This document shows positions 7,987-17,262 of a stretch of 64,000 bases of DNA, piece after piece. The position numbers and the translations under genes were made by a program. Below the pieces are notes generated by a model. It made no database searches, was not told the DNA's origin, and was given only the letters and a program-made list of their open reading frames with translations. Origin of the DNA: Pedosphaera sp. (GTDB lineage: Bacteria; Verrucomicrobiota; Verrucomicrobiia; Limisphaerales; SIBH01); the NCBI GenBank assembly GCA_031414955.1, contig JANOQV010000030.1, forward strand, positions 1 to 64,000, in the 5' to 3' direction. Every line of letters starts with the position of its first letter. Within the stretch, counting starts at the first letter, position 1.

Positions 7987-8294
7987 GGTTGTTCTGGGTT
8001 TGGATTCATTTTGGGTCTCTACAGACATTATACGGAGCAAGGGACCGAATCTTTCACGAGGTGGTGCAGATTCTGCAAGAGAAGGCGGGCGGCTCCAAGC
8101 CGCTGCGGCACCACTGGACGGGCGGGAACGACCGGACGTTCGGAGGGTGAGGTGGAACTTGCGTCCTGAATGATGCGAACTGCGTGGAAAATGTTTTTCT
8201 GTTTGACCCCTCTCGCTCATTTCGCGTACTCACCGGGACTCTGTTACGCCCCGCCGCGCCATGACGCGGCGGTGTGTTTCGCGGACATGGTGCG

Positions 8295-10196
8295 ATGCTG
8301 AACGTAAAATCATTTCTGGCCGCTGACTTTGGGGCCGCGACTTTGAAGGTGGCCGAGTTCGAGCCGAACGAGGCGGGGGGACTGCGCCTCAAGCAGTACG
8401 GGTTTCGCGGACTGGGGCCGGAGGGTTTGCAGGAGAGCACCCGCGAGGCGGTGTTGCAGAAGACTCTTCAGGAAATTCTTTCCCAAGGCGGCTTCGAGTC
8501 CAAGCAGGTGAACATCTGCGCGCCTGGCTTCCACGTTTTTTCCAAGTTCGTCAAACTGCCGCCGGTTGATACTTCCAAGGTCACGCAGATCATTCAGTAC
8601 GAGGCGCAACAGAATGTGCCCTTCCCGCTGGAGGAAGTGGTCTGGGATTATCAAATCCTGGGCGCGGCCCCGAGCGGCGAGTTGGAAGTGCTGCTGGTCG
8701 CGATCAAGCAGGACATCGTGGAAGGGCTTTTTCGCACCAGTGAATCGGGCGGGGCCAAGCTGTCGCTGGTGGATGTTTCGCCGGCCGCGCTGGCCAATGC
8801 CTTTCGCTATAATTATGGCGACCTCGAAGGTTGCTCCATGCTCCTGGACATCGGGGCCAAGACGAGCAACCTGCTCTTCTTCGACAAGGAGGCAATTTAC
8901 GCGCGCGGCATCAACATCGGGGCGAATTCCATCACGGCGGATTTTGCCAAGGAGTCGAAGCTTTCCTGGGATGAAGCCGAGGCGGCCAAGATTGAGCACG
9001 GCTTTGTGAGTCTGGGCGGGGCCTACGAGGAGCCGGAGGATCCGCAGCAGCAGGCGATTTCCAAGATCGCCCGGCAGGTGATGACGCGCCTGCACATCCA
9101 GCTCAACCAGACCATTCAGTTTTATCGCGGCCAGCAGGGCGGGGCGGCTCCGGCGCGGCTCTTCCTGTCCGGCGGCGCTTCCACGCTGCCTTACACCGCT
9201 CAATTCTTCGCCGAGAAATTGAATCTGCCGGTCGAATATTTTAATCCGCTGCGCAATGTGCAGATTGATCCGGCGGTCAACATTGAGGAGTTGGCCAAGG
9301 TCGGGCATCAGATGGGTGAGTTGGTCGGGCTGGGGTTACGCAACCTGGCTCATTGCCCCATCGAACTGAACCTGATGCCGAAGAGTTCGCTGCAGGTGCA
9401 GCAGTTCAGCGCCAAGAAACCGTATCTCATCGCCACCATGGCCTGCTTGGTGGCGATTTTGTTTTCCTTTGGTTACTTCCACGACCGGATCGCCAAGATC
9501 AAGCAGGATGCGTTGGAGAATCTCCAGCCGCAGTTGACCGAGTTGAAGAGCAGGGACTCCAAAGTGGACGCCGAGGTGAAGAAACTCAAGGTGGCACAGG
9601 GGGAGGCGTTGCAGTTCTCCGAGTGGCTGGAGGCGCGCGGCTATTGGGCCAATGTGTTGAAAGAATTGCGCGCGGTGCTGATGCAGACCGAGCGCGACGG
9701 CAAGGAAGTTTGCAAGGCGGACACGGGATTTTGGATTGAGCGGTTTGCGCCTGATTGTGCGGGCGGCACGCTGACGGGCCAGGGGCCGGCTGCGGTCAAT
9801 CCCCAACCCGGGGGCGGGCCGGCCGGGCGCAACCCTCGTGGCGGTCCCGGGGGTGCTCCAGGTGGTGGTGGTCCCGGAGTCCGGGGCAATCGAGGCGGCC
9901 CTGGGGGCGGTGGGCCGGGCGGTTTTGGCGGGCGTGGGCCTGGCCTTCCGGGTGGTCGTGAAGAGGAGTGTTCCACCATCACTTTGCTTTGTCGCGGCGT
10001 GGACCTGACGCACATCGCGCCCACCAATAACACGGCCTTCATCTATGTGTTTGAGCGCAACCTTAAAGCCAATTCCATGTTCATGGCCACGAACTCTGAA
10101 CTGATTGGCAGCCTCACGCCAGATGAAGCCACGTTCAAGGCCAAGACCTTCCTCATTCAAGTCAAGGTCACACCCAAGCGCCCCCTGAAGCTTTAG
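8295..10196 (+). CDS. pilM: Type IV pilus assembly protein PilM fused to a PilN-like TM/periplasmic domain (Amuc_1101-like)
   Basis: Actin-like DFGAATLKVAE, IQYEAQQNVPFPLEEVVWDY, LLDIGAKTSN, LFLSGGAS, VGLGLR. Then the PilN signature IELNLMP, a TM helix and a coiled-coil periplasmic domain. Confidence 0.92.
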   Translation: MLNVKSFLAADFGAATLKVAEFEPNEAGGLRLKQYGFRGLGPEGLQESTREAVLQKTLQEILSQGGFESKQVNICAPGFHVFSKFVKLPPVDTSKVTQIIQYEAQQNVPFPLEEVVWDYQILGAAPSGELEVLLVAIKQDIVEGLFRTSESGGAKLSLVDVSPAALANAFRYNYGDLEGCSMLLDIGAKTSNLLFFDKEAIYARGINIGANSITADFAKESKLSWDEAEAAKIEHGFVSLGGAYEEPEDPQQQAISKIARQVMTRLHIQLNQTIQFYRGQQGGAAPARLFLSGGASTLPYTAQFFAEKLNLPVEYFNPLRNVQIDPAVNIEELAKVGHQMGELVGLGLRNLAHCPIELNLMPKSSLQVQQFSAKKPYLIATMACLVAILFSFGYFHDRIAKIKQDALENLQPQLTELKSRDSKVDAEVKKLKVAQGEALQFSEWLEARGYWANVLKELRAVLMQTERDGKEVCKADTGFWIERFAPDCAGGTLTGQGPAAVNPQPGGGPAGRNPRGGPGGAPGGGGPGVRGNRGGPGGGGPGGFGGRGPGLPGGREEECSTITLLCRGVDLTHIAPTNNTAFIYVFERNLKANSMFMATNSELIGSLTPDEATFKAKTFLIQVKVTPKRPLKL

Positions 10197-10197
10197 T

Positions 10198-11070
10198 ATG
10201 TCTTGGATCAAACGAAACCTTTCGCTGGTCATCAGCGGCGTCGTCGCCCTCGGGCTGCTTGGCTTGGGTGGCTGGTATCTTTATGCCGCCATCGACAAGA
10301 ACAAGACGGTGGACAATGAAATCAGCAGCACCAAGGCGGAGATAGATCGCTTGCTCAATGCCCCAGTGACGCCGAACGACGCCAACCTCAAGCTGGCCAA
10401 GCAGGAAGCCGCGAAAATCGCCGCCTTCATCGCCGACGCCAAGCGGCAGTTTCCTCCCACCCCGCCGCCGCCGGTGGCCTTGAACAATCAATCCTTCAAG
10501 GAACTGCTCCAGACCACCATTGATGGATTGACCAAGCAGGCGACGACGGTGGGCATCAGGGTTCCGACCAATTATTACTACAGCTTTGAGTCCCAGCGGG
10601 GCCCGGTGCGGTTTCCTCCGGGAAGTTTGCGTCCGTTGGCTGATCAATTGAACGAGATAGAACGCATGGTTTCCATTCTCTTCAAGTCACGCATCCACCG
10701 GCTCGAAGGCTTGCGCCGCGCGCTGGCTCCAGAAGAGGAGCAGGCTCCCAACACCGCCACCGACTATCTGACCGTGCCCGCGCGCGGTCACGCCGAGACC
10801 GGCATGGCGCTTTGGCCGTACGAAGTCACTTTTGATTGTTTCACGGCTGAACTTGGAGCAGTGCTGGAGGCTTTGGCCCGCGCGGAGAGTGGTTTCATCG
10901 TCAAGGCTCCGGTGGTGGAGGCGTTGCCGGATCTTTCGCAAGCTGCGCTTAAGCCGCCTGTTGGGCCACCGGGGCGTCCAGTCGCACCGGTTCAACCCCT
11001 CACCACCGTCATCAACGAGCGATTGCTGCGCGTGACGCTTCGCCTCGAAGTCATCAAGCCGGCCCGATAG
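10198..11070 (+). CDS. Amuc_1100-family / PilO-like inner-membrane pilus protein, 290 aa
   Basis: MSWIKRN plus a single N-terminal TM and coiled coil, then ferredoxin-like PYEVTFDCFTAELGAVLEAL...VTLRLEVI. Starts 1 nt after pilM, in the PilO position. Confidence 0.75.
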   Translation: MSWIKRNLSLVISGVVALGLLGLGGWYLYAAIDKNKTVDNEISSTKAEIDRLLNAPVTPNDANLKLAKQEAAKIAAFIADAKRQFPPTPPPPVALNNQSFKELLQTTIDGLTKQATTVGIRVPTNYYYSFESQRGPVRFPPGSLRPLADQLNEIERMVSILFKSRIHRLEGLRRALAPEEEQAPNTATDYLTVPARGHAETGMALWPYEVTFDCFTAELGAVLEALARAESGFIVKAPVVEALPDLSQAALKPPVGPPGRPVAPVQPLTTVINERLLRVTLRLEVIKPAR

Positions 11071-11072
11071 CC

Positions 11073-11891
11073 ATGAATTTTCTCCGCGACATTCCCGGTT
11101 TGATTAAACGCCACTATGAGAAGGCCATTCTCGCGTTGGCCTTGCTCGGTCTGATCGCGGCCGTCGTTTATCTGAACGACATGAAAAACGCCGAGAACGA
11201 AAAGATCGTGACCTATCAGAAAGGCATCCCGAAACGCAAATCGAACCCGGTTCCATCCATCGACAGCACCGCCCTTACCATCGCGCTCGACCACGCCAAA
11301 AATCCGCCCGCTCTGAGTTTCTCCCCGCCGCACAACTTGCTCAACCCGGTCAAGTGGCAGAGGCGCCCTGATGGCACCTTGGTCAAGGTCGAGACGGGCA
11401 AGGAAGTCGGCTCCGAAGCCTTGGAAGTGGTCAAGATCGCCCCGCTGAATCTGATCATCACCCTCGATCAGGCGGCGGGCAGCGGCTTCAACATGGGCGT
11501 CGTTCAGGAAGGCGCGACCAACCCCGCTTTACGCCGCAAGTTTGTCTCCTACGTGACCACTAATTCCCCGACGGATCGGATTCATAGCACCAAGGTTTTC
11601 AAATTGGTGGACGTGAACCGGGCGGCCACCCCCCCCGAGGTTTCCATCGAACTCGCCGATGGCAAGATCGTGACTGTGGCCGCCGACAAGCCTTTCTCTC
11701 ACGTTATGGGCTACAAGGTGGATTTGAATTACCCCCCGGAAAAACGAATGTTCGCCGACCGTCGGGCCGGCGATTCCATCACTCTGGGCGATGAAGTTTA
11801 CAATATCGTTGCCATCACTCTGAACGAGGTTGTAATCTCAGCCCGCTCAAACAACAGACGTACATTTATTCGGAACAATGCTACCCCATAG
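11073..11891 (+). CDS. Amuc_1099-like / PilP-position pilus system protein, 272 aa
   Basis: IKRHYEKAILALALL N-terminal anchor. C-terminal beta-rich GDSITLGDEVYNIVAITLNEVVI, typical of PilP/GspC-HR-like domains. Sits between the PilO-like gene and the secretin. Confidence 0.7.
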   Translation: MNFLRDIPGLIKRHYEKAILALALLGLIAAVVYLNDMKNAENEKIVTYQKGIPKRKSNPVPSIDSTALTIALDHAKNPPALSFSPPHNLLNPVKWQRRPDGTLVKVETGKEVGSEALEVVKIAPLNLIITLDQAAGSGFNMGVVQEGATNPALRRKFVSYVTTNSPTDRIHSTKVFKLVDVNRAATPPEVSIELADGKIVTVAADKPFSHVMGYKVDLNYPPEKRMFADRRAGDSITLGDEVYNIVAITLNEVVISARSNNRRTFIRNNATP

Positions 11892-11916
11892 GCTTTGACC
11901 TTCTGAAACGCGAACA

Positions 11917-14745
11917 ATGACGACTCACGCTGCCCTCTCGTCTCTCTGCCTGTCGGCCCTGCTGACGGCTTCCTTTGTCCACGCCCAAACTCCGGCCAAT
12001 GGCCAGGCTCCGGTCTCTCCCGGCGACACCGCTGCTGATGTGGCCGTGCGCATGCAGGCGGCCGTTATCGACGCGGGTGTCCTCCTTGGTGAGGCTCGCC
12101 TGCACGAGGCCCGGCAGGAAACGCTGGCTGCTTCGCAAAAATACAACAAGTCGTTGGAGCGTGTGCGCGGCATTGGATCCACCGCTGATGTCGTGCGCCA
12201 GGAATCCACCGACGGCCTGACGCGGACCACTCTTCGTCTGGCTGACCAGGCCATGACCCGGGGAGATTATGCCGACGCCACGCTGCAACTCGACCGCGTG
12301 CTCAAGGTTGATCCGGCCAACAAGACCGGGCTGCAATTGCGGGCTGAAAATGAGCGCATCAAGGCCGAGTTGGTGGACAAGATGCCAACCCAGAAGGCTC
12401 TCGACACCCTGGCCAACACCGAAACGAATCGCATCGCCACGGCCAAGATGGTGCAGGACGGGAAACTTTACTACGAGACCGGTCGCTACAAGGAGGCCAA
12501 GGAAGTTCTGCGCGACGCCTTGGTCAAGAACCCGGGCAATCCGGCCGCCGCCTATTACCTTGATTTGGTCAATGCCAGCATCTTTAAGGCTGACGCCCGG
12601 CTGCGCGAGGCGAACTCCAAGGAGATGATCATGGAGGTCGAGGGTTCTTGGATTCCCTCAAACAAGCAGAAATTGCTCCCGGTGCCCAATCCCTACGCCC
12701 GGAGCGAACTGGTCCACACCAGCGACAAACGGCAGAAACTTTACCTCAAACTCCGCAACATGACTCTGAACGAGTGGGGGCCGATTGATAACCTGCCGTT
12801 GAGCGAAGTCATTCGCAGCCTGAACGACGAAATCATTCGCCGCGACACGGGGGGGGATGGCCTTAACCTTTTCATCGCCCCCAACGCGGACTCGGCGGGC
12901 GGCGGGGCCGGAGCGGGACCAGCCTTGGATCCGGCCGGGCTTCCAATTCCTGCGGCCGGCGGTGGCACTGATTTGAACGGGGTCAGCATCCGTCTGGGGA
13001 CTAAACTCAAGAAGCTAACCATCGAAGAGATACTCAACATCCTCATGGTCATCTCCGAGACGAAAATTAAATACTCCGTCGAGGATTACGGAATCATCAT
13101 TTCGCCCAAAGCCAACGATCCGACGCCGCTTCACACGCGCTTTTTCCGGCTGGACCCCAATACCTTCCAGCAAGGCTTGCAAAACGTGACCTCTGACAAC
13201 TTTGGCCAGACGCAGGGTGGCGGTGGTGGTCAAGGTGGCGGCGGTGGCGGGGGTGGTCGTGGCGGGGGTGGTCGTGGCGGCGGCGGTGGTGGTGGACGTG
13301 GCGGCGGCAACCAGGGTGGCGGCAACCAAGGCGGCGGCAATCAGAATGGTGGTGGCGGCGGCGGTGGTGGTGGATCTTCTTATGCCACGGTCAGCATCGC
13401 GCCCGGTGGTGCCAACCGCCAGCAGGGCGGCGGCGCGGCCCAGCAACAGCGCCCGGCCGGACAGGCCGCCGGCCCCGGTGGTGCGGCTGCTGCCGGTGCG
13501 GGCGGTATCTCGTTTCTTACCGAAGTGACCCCCTCGGCCTCCGTCATCCCTGTGGTCACGGGATTTTTCACCGCTGCAGGTGTCGATTTGACCACGCCGG
13601 GCAAGGCCGTCTTCTACAATGATCGTCTGGGCGCGCTGATGGTGCGGGCGACGTTGCAGGATCTTGACACCATCGAGAAGGCGATTCAAATGCTCAACAT
13701 GTCGCCGCCGCAATTGACCATTCGGGCCAAGTTCATGGAGGTGACTCAGGATGACAGCCGTGCTTTGGGCTTCGACTGGTATCTCGGCAACATGCTGACC
13801 GGCGGCGGTGGTTCGACCAGTGTTCAAGGTGGTAGCGCTCCGAGTTTCGTCGTGCCTGGTTCCGGCAGCGCGGCCAATCCGAGTGGCATCTTCCCCGGCC
13901 CCAGCGGAGGACCTGGTGCTGTGCCAGCCAGCGCCACTGACAATCTAATCACTTCCGGCCTGCGAAATACCGCACCCTCTCTGGCCACCGTCACAGGCAT
14001 CCTCACAGATCCGCAGTTTCGCTTCGTGGTTCGCGCGCTCGAACAGCGCGGCGGCACGGATTTGCTGAGCGCACCGGAAGTCACCACCGAAAGCGCCCGT
14101 CAGGCTCAGATCAAGGTCGTGGACATCAAGTATATCGTGACCGATCTTGAACTCGACCAGAGCACGGCGGGGGGCAACGGTGCCGGTGGCGGCACCGTCA
14201 TTGGTAACACGGGAGGCACCGGCGTCGGCAGCCTGACTCAGCCCATTGCGGAGCCTTTTGAACTCGGGCCGGTGCTGGATGTGGTGCCCTACGTCAACGC
14301 GGATGGATACACCATTCAGCTTACCTTGATCCCGACTTTGAAGGAATTCCTAGGCTACGATGATCCGGGTTTGTTCGTGGCCCAGATTCAATCAGTCAGT
14401 GGCACGGGTGCAGCCGCTCCGTTGGTGACCCCCACGCCCCTGCCCAAGTTCCGTCTCCGCCAGGTCGCGACCTCGGTTACAGTCTGGGACGGCCAGACGG
14501 TGGTGTTGGGCGGGCTGATCGCCGAGAACGTCCAGAAAACCAAGGACAAGGTGCCGGTGCTCGGCGACCTGCCCTTGCTGGGTCGCTTCTTTCGCAGCGA
14601 GGCCAACGTCACGAGCAAGAAGAACCTGATGATCTTCGTCACGCCGACCATCATTGACCCGGCGGGCAATCGCATGCACTCGGAGGAGGAGATGCCCTTT
14701 GCCCAGCATCCGCTGCCCCTGGCACCGCGGGCGGCGGCTCAGTAA
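11917..14745 (+). CDS. pilQ: Outer-membrane secretin (PilQ/GspD type) with N-terminal TPR region and Gly-rich insert (Amuc_1098-like), 942 aa
   Basis: Signal peptide and TPR-like helices. N3-like LMVRATLQDLDTIEKAI. Secretin core PQLTIRAKFMEV, LLSAPEVTT, LGPVLDVVPYV, TSVTVWDGQTVVLGGL, KVPVLGDLPLLGRFFRS, NLMIFVTPTII. Confidence 0.92.
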   Translation: MTTHAALSSLCLSALLTASFVHAQTPANGQAPVSPGDTAADVAVRMQAAVIDAGVLLGEARLHEARQETLAASQKYNKSLERVRGIGSTADVVRQESTDGLTRTTLRLADQAMTRGDYADATLQLDRVLKVDPANKTGLQLRAENERIKAELVDKMPTQKALDTLANTETNRIATAKMVQDGKLYYETGRYKEAKEVLRDALVKNPGNPAAAYYLDLVNASIFKADARLREANSKEMIMEVEGSWIPSNKQKLLPVPNPYARSELVHTSDKRQKLYLKLRNMTLNEWGPIDNLPLSEVIRSLNDEIIRRDTGGDGLNLFIAPNADSAGGGAGAGPALDPAGLPIPAAGGGTDLNGVSIRLGTKLKKLTIEEILNILMVISETKIKYSVEDYGIIISPKANDPTPLHTRFFRLDPNTFQQGLQNVTSDNFGQTQGGGGGQGGGGGGGGRGGGGRGGGGGGGRGGGNQGGGNQGGGNQNGGGGGGGGGSSYATVSIAPGGANRQQGGGAAQQQRPAGQAAGPGGAAAAGAGGISFLTEVTPSASVIPVVTGFFTAAGVDLTTPGKAVFYNDRLGALMVRATLQDLDTIEKAIQMLNMSPPQLTIRAKFMEVTQDDSRALGFDWYLGNMLTGGGGSTSVQGGSAPSFVVPGSGSAANPSGIFPGPSGGPGAVPASATDNLITSGLRNTAPSLATVTGILTDPQFRFVVRALEQRGGTDLLSAPEVTTESARQAQIKVVDIKYIVTDLELDQSTAGGNGAGGGTVIGNTGGTGVGSLTQPIAEPFELGPVLDVVPYVNADGYTIQLTLIPTLKEFLGYDDPGLFVAQIQSVSGTGAAAPLVTPTPLPKFRLRQVATSVTVWDGQTVVLGGLIAENVQKTKDKVPVLGDLPLLGRFFRSEANVTSKKNLMIFVTPTIIDPAGNRMHSEEEMPFAQHPLPLAPRAAAQ
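13216..13374 (+). repeat. Gly-rich coding low-complexity tract including 3x GGGNQ (15-nt units at 13300-13344)
   Basis: GGT/GGC runs and GGCGGCGGCAACCAG GGTGGCGGCAACCAA GGCGGCGGCAATCAG. Confidence 0.8.
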
Positions 14746-14795
14746 ACAGAACGGCGCGGAGTCAGGAGGCTCTGCCTGAATCGCAATGCTTGCGC

Positions 14796-15695
14796 ATGGA
14801 ATCTCAGTCCACCTCGGCCCGGTTGTTGATCGTCGATGGTCACGCCTACGCCTATCGAGCCTTCCACGCCATCCGCAGCCTGAGTGCTCCTGATGGTGCG
14901 CCGACCAATGCGATATACGGGTTCATAAAGATGCTGACCAAGATGCAAAGCGCGCTCAAGCCAACGCACCAAAGTGTGGTGTGGGACGGCGGGCTTTGCG
15001 CGGAACGCATGAAGGCGCTGCCTGAGTACAAGAGTCAACGCCCGCCCATGCCGGACGAGTTGGACCGCCAGATGCCGGAAATCGAAACCTATCTCGCCGC
15101 CGCGAATGTTCCCTCGTTTGTCAACGAAGGGGTGGAGGCCGATGACTGGATCGCCAGCCAGGCACGGCGCGCGCAGGACGCCGGGGTCGAGGTCGTCATT
15201 GCCAGCGCGGACAAGGATTTTCTTCAACTGGTTTCTCCAGGCGTGGGCTTGCTCAATCCGAATGACAAGACCGAGAAGATCTGGCAGGCGGCCGAAGTGC
15301 GGGCCAAGACGGGCGTGGAACCCGGACAGATTGTGGACTGGCTCAGTCTGATTGGCGACACGGTGGACAACATTCGTGGCGTGCCCGGCGTCGGTCCCAA
15401 AACCGCCACTGATCTGCTTTTGCAGTTTGGCAGTATCGACCAGATCTATTTGCGGCTCGACGAGGTCAAGTCCGAGCGCATTCGCACCAGTCTGCGCCAG
15501 TCCGAAGCCGAGGTGCGGCGCAATCAGAAACTCATTCGTCTGCCCATTGATCTGCCGTGTGGATTCGATTTGAAACAATTGGCTGTCCGCCCTGCCAACC
15601 ATGATCAATTGGCGTCGCTCTACGAGCAGTGGGGTTTCAAAACCATGCTGGCGCAACTTCAGGGAGCGCGCGGCCTGCAAAAGGAATTGCTGTGA
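14796..15695 (+). CDS. Stand-alone 5'-3' exonuclease / flap endonuclease (PolA N-terminal domain-like), about 299 aa
   Basis: LLIVDGHAYAYRAFHA, PTNAIYGF, EYKSQRPPMPDEL, GVEADD, SADKDFLQL, and H3TH motif LIGDTVDNIRGVPGVGPKTA. The ORF stops with no polymerase domain. Confidence 0.93.
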   Translation: MESQSTSARLLIVDGHAYAYRAFHAIRSLSAPDGAPTNAIYGFIKMLTKMQSALKPTHQSVVWDGGLCAERMKALPEYKSQRPPMPDELDRQMPEIETYLAAANVPSFVNEGVEADDWIASQARRAQDAGVEVVIASADKDFLQLVSPGVGLLNPNDKTEKIWQAAEVRAKTGVEPGQIVDWLSLIGDTVDNIRGVPGVGPKTATDLLLQFGSIDQIYLRLDEVKSERIRTSLRQSEAEVRRNQKLIRLPIDLPCGFDLKQLAVRPANHDQLASLYEQWGFKTMLAQLQGARGLQKELL

Positions 15696-15805
15696 CCCGT
15701 CATTTTACAACGCTGCTTCCACCCTTGTTTTCCGCGGTCAAAGAGGCCTTGCGCGCGAACAATTCGTGGACAAAGAAACCCTCGATGGCTACTGTGCCCG
15801 GAATT

Positions 15806-17251
15806 ATGTCACCCGCTGTGCGCGCCCGAAAATGGATGATCCTGACGGGTTTGCTTTGTGCCTTTCCGTCCTTGCTTTGGAGCCAGACCAACGCGTTACA
15901 GGGGGGCGATGCGCCCTTCAGCGGTCCGCTCAGCGGAGATCAGGTTTTCCCCTCGGTCGCCTTTGGCGCGGGCGGGGGGTTTATGGTCTGGCACGACAAC
16001 GTGACGGATCCAAGCGGCTTCGGGGTCAGAGTTTTGCGACTGGATGGAGGTCTCAACCCGGTCGGCAGTCCGCAAGTGGTGAATCAAACCCTGGGCCGGG
16101 ATCAACAGCGGGCCCGGGTGGCGATGCTTGCTGACGGAGGCGGGGTGGTCGTCTTTCAAAACGGCAAACCGGGCATTCAAAATGTCTCCGCGCGGTTTAT
16201 CAGTCCGGCGGGCGAGTTCACGACCGGAGAACTTTTGGTCAATGATAAATTCACCGGAGTCGTGCATCGTTACCGGACCAATTGGACGCTCATTTACAAC
16301 AACCGGCCCCACAAGATTCGCTACTTGGTGCGCGAGGTGATCAAGGCCCGGCAAGAGTTCAACTCCAGTCCGGTCGTGACCACGCTCCACGATGGCAGCG
16401 TGGTCGTGGCTTATAGCAGCAGTCGCGTTTACACCACGAACACGGTTGGTCTCAGCGAACGGGTGCGTTGGAATGATCGTCGGGAGATTTTCATCACCAA
16501 CCGCACCCGCGTGCCCCTGAGTTTCAAAGCCGACGTCATGCAGGACGTTTACGTGCAGCGATTCTCTGGCACCGGAGCAAAGCTGGGCGCGGAATTTCGC
16601 GCCAACCAGTTCGCGGATTTTAACCAGCGGGATACGACCGTGGCCGCGCTTGAAAATGGCAGCTTCGTGGTGGCCTGGGCTTCGGAGCAGCAGCGTACCA
16701 ATTTTTATGCCGACACCTACCTGAACCCGGTCGATGTCTATGCGCGGATTTTCGATAACTTGGGCAACCCCTTGGGTGATGAGTTCCGCCTCAACACCAC
16801 CAACCGGGCCTCCGGCGGGCCGACGGTGGCCGCGACGGCGGGTGGCGCGTTCACCGTGGCTTGGACGCAGAAGTCCAATCAGCGCAGCAACGGACTCGAC
16901 ATTGTGGCGCGCACGTTCAACTCGGGCGGCACCGCTTCCAGCGATGTTTTTGCGGTCAACAGTTTCACCTACGGCGATCAGTACTCGCCCTCCCTCGCCT
17001 CGGTCGGGGTCCAGCAAGTGGTGGTGTGGTCGAGCATGGGGCAGGATGGATCTCGGGAAGGCGTGTTTGCCCAGGCCTTGGATGGCTCCACGCCGGTGGG
17101 CGCGGAGTTCCGGGTCAACGTCTCCACGCGCTTCAGCCAGTTTCATCCGCGGGTTGCGGGTGATAGCACGGGCCGGGCGCTGGTGTTGTGGTCGGGCTAC
17201 GCCTTGGACAGCGGGTTTGATTTGTTTGGCCGGAAATACCAGGCACCTTGA
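15806..17251 (+). CDS. Exported repeat protein (EFRVN...Q..P.VA...G.FVV.W repeats; probable beta-propeller)
   Basis: Signal-like KWMILTGLLCAFPSLLWS (start uncertain: 15785, 15806 or 15836). About 7 repeats such as GAEFRANQFADFNQRDTTVAALENGSFVVAW, GDEFRLNTT, GAEFRVNVSTRFSQFHPRVA. Confidence 0.8.
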   Translation: MSPAVRARKWMILTGLLCAFPSLLWSQTNALQGGDAPFSGPLSGDQVFPSVAFGAGGGFMVWHDNVTDPSGFGVRVLRLDGGLNPVGSPQVVNQTLGRDQQRARVAMLADGGGVVVFQNGKPGIQNVSARFISPAGEFTTGELLVNDKFTGVVHRYRTNWTLIYNNRPHKIRYLVREVIKARQEFNSSPVVTTLHDGSVVVAYSSSRVYTTNTVGLSERVRWNDRREIFITNRTRVPLSFKADVMQDVYVQRFSGTGAKLGAEFRANQFADFNQRDTTVAALENGSFVVAWASEQQRTNFYADTYLNPVDVYARIFDNLGNPLGDEFRLNTTNRASGGPTVAATAGGAFTVAWTQKSNQRSNGLDIVARTFNSGGTASSDVFAVNSFTYGDQYSPSLASVGVQQVVVWSSMGQDGSREGVFAQALDGSTPVGAEFRVNVSTRFSQFHPRVAGDSTGRALVLWSGYALDSGFDLFGRKYQAP

Positions 17252-17262
17252 GCACGAATTTT

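Noticed and set aside
8203..8272. TTGACC -35-like box and CCGCCGCG-ccatga-CGCGGCGG hairpin upstream of pilM
   Set aside because: No convincing -10 at 16-18 nt spacing, and the hairpin lacks a U-tract. Too weak to call a promoter or riboswitch.
14796..15695. Truncated polA pseudogene
   Set aside because: The ORF is intact, of typical stand-alone 5'-3' exonuclease length, and no polymerase-domain remnant follows.
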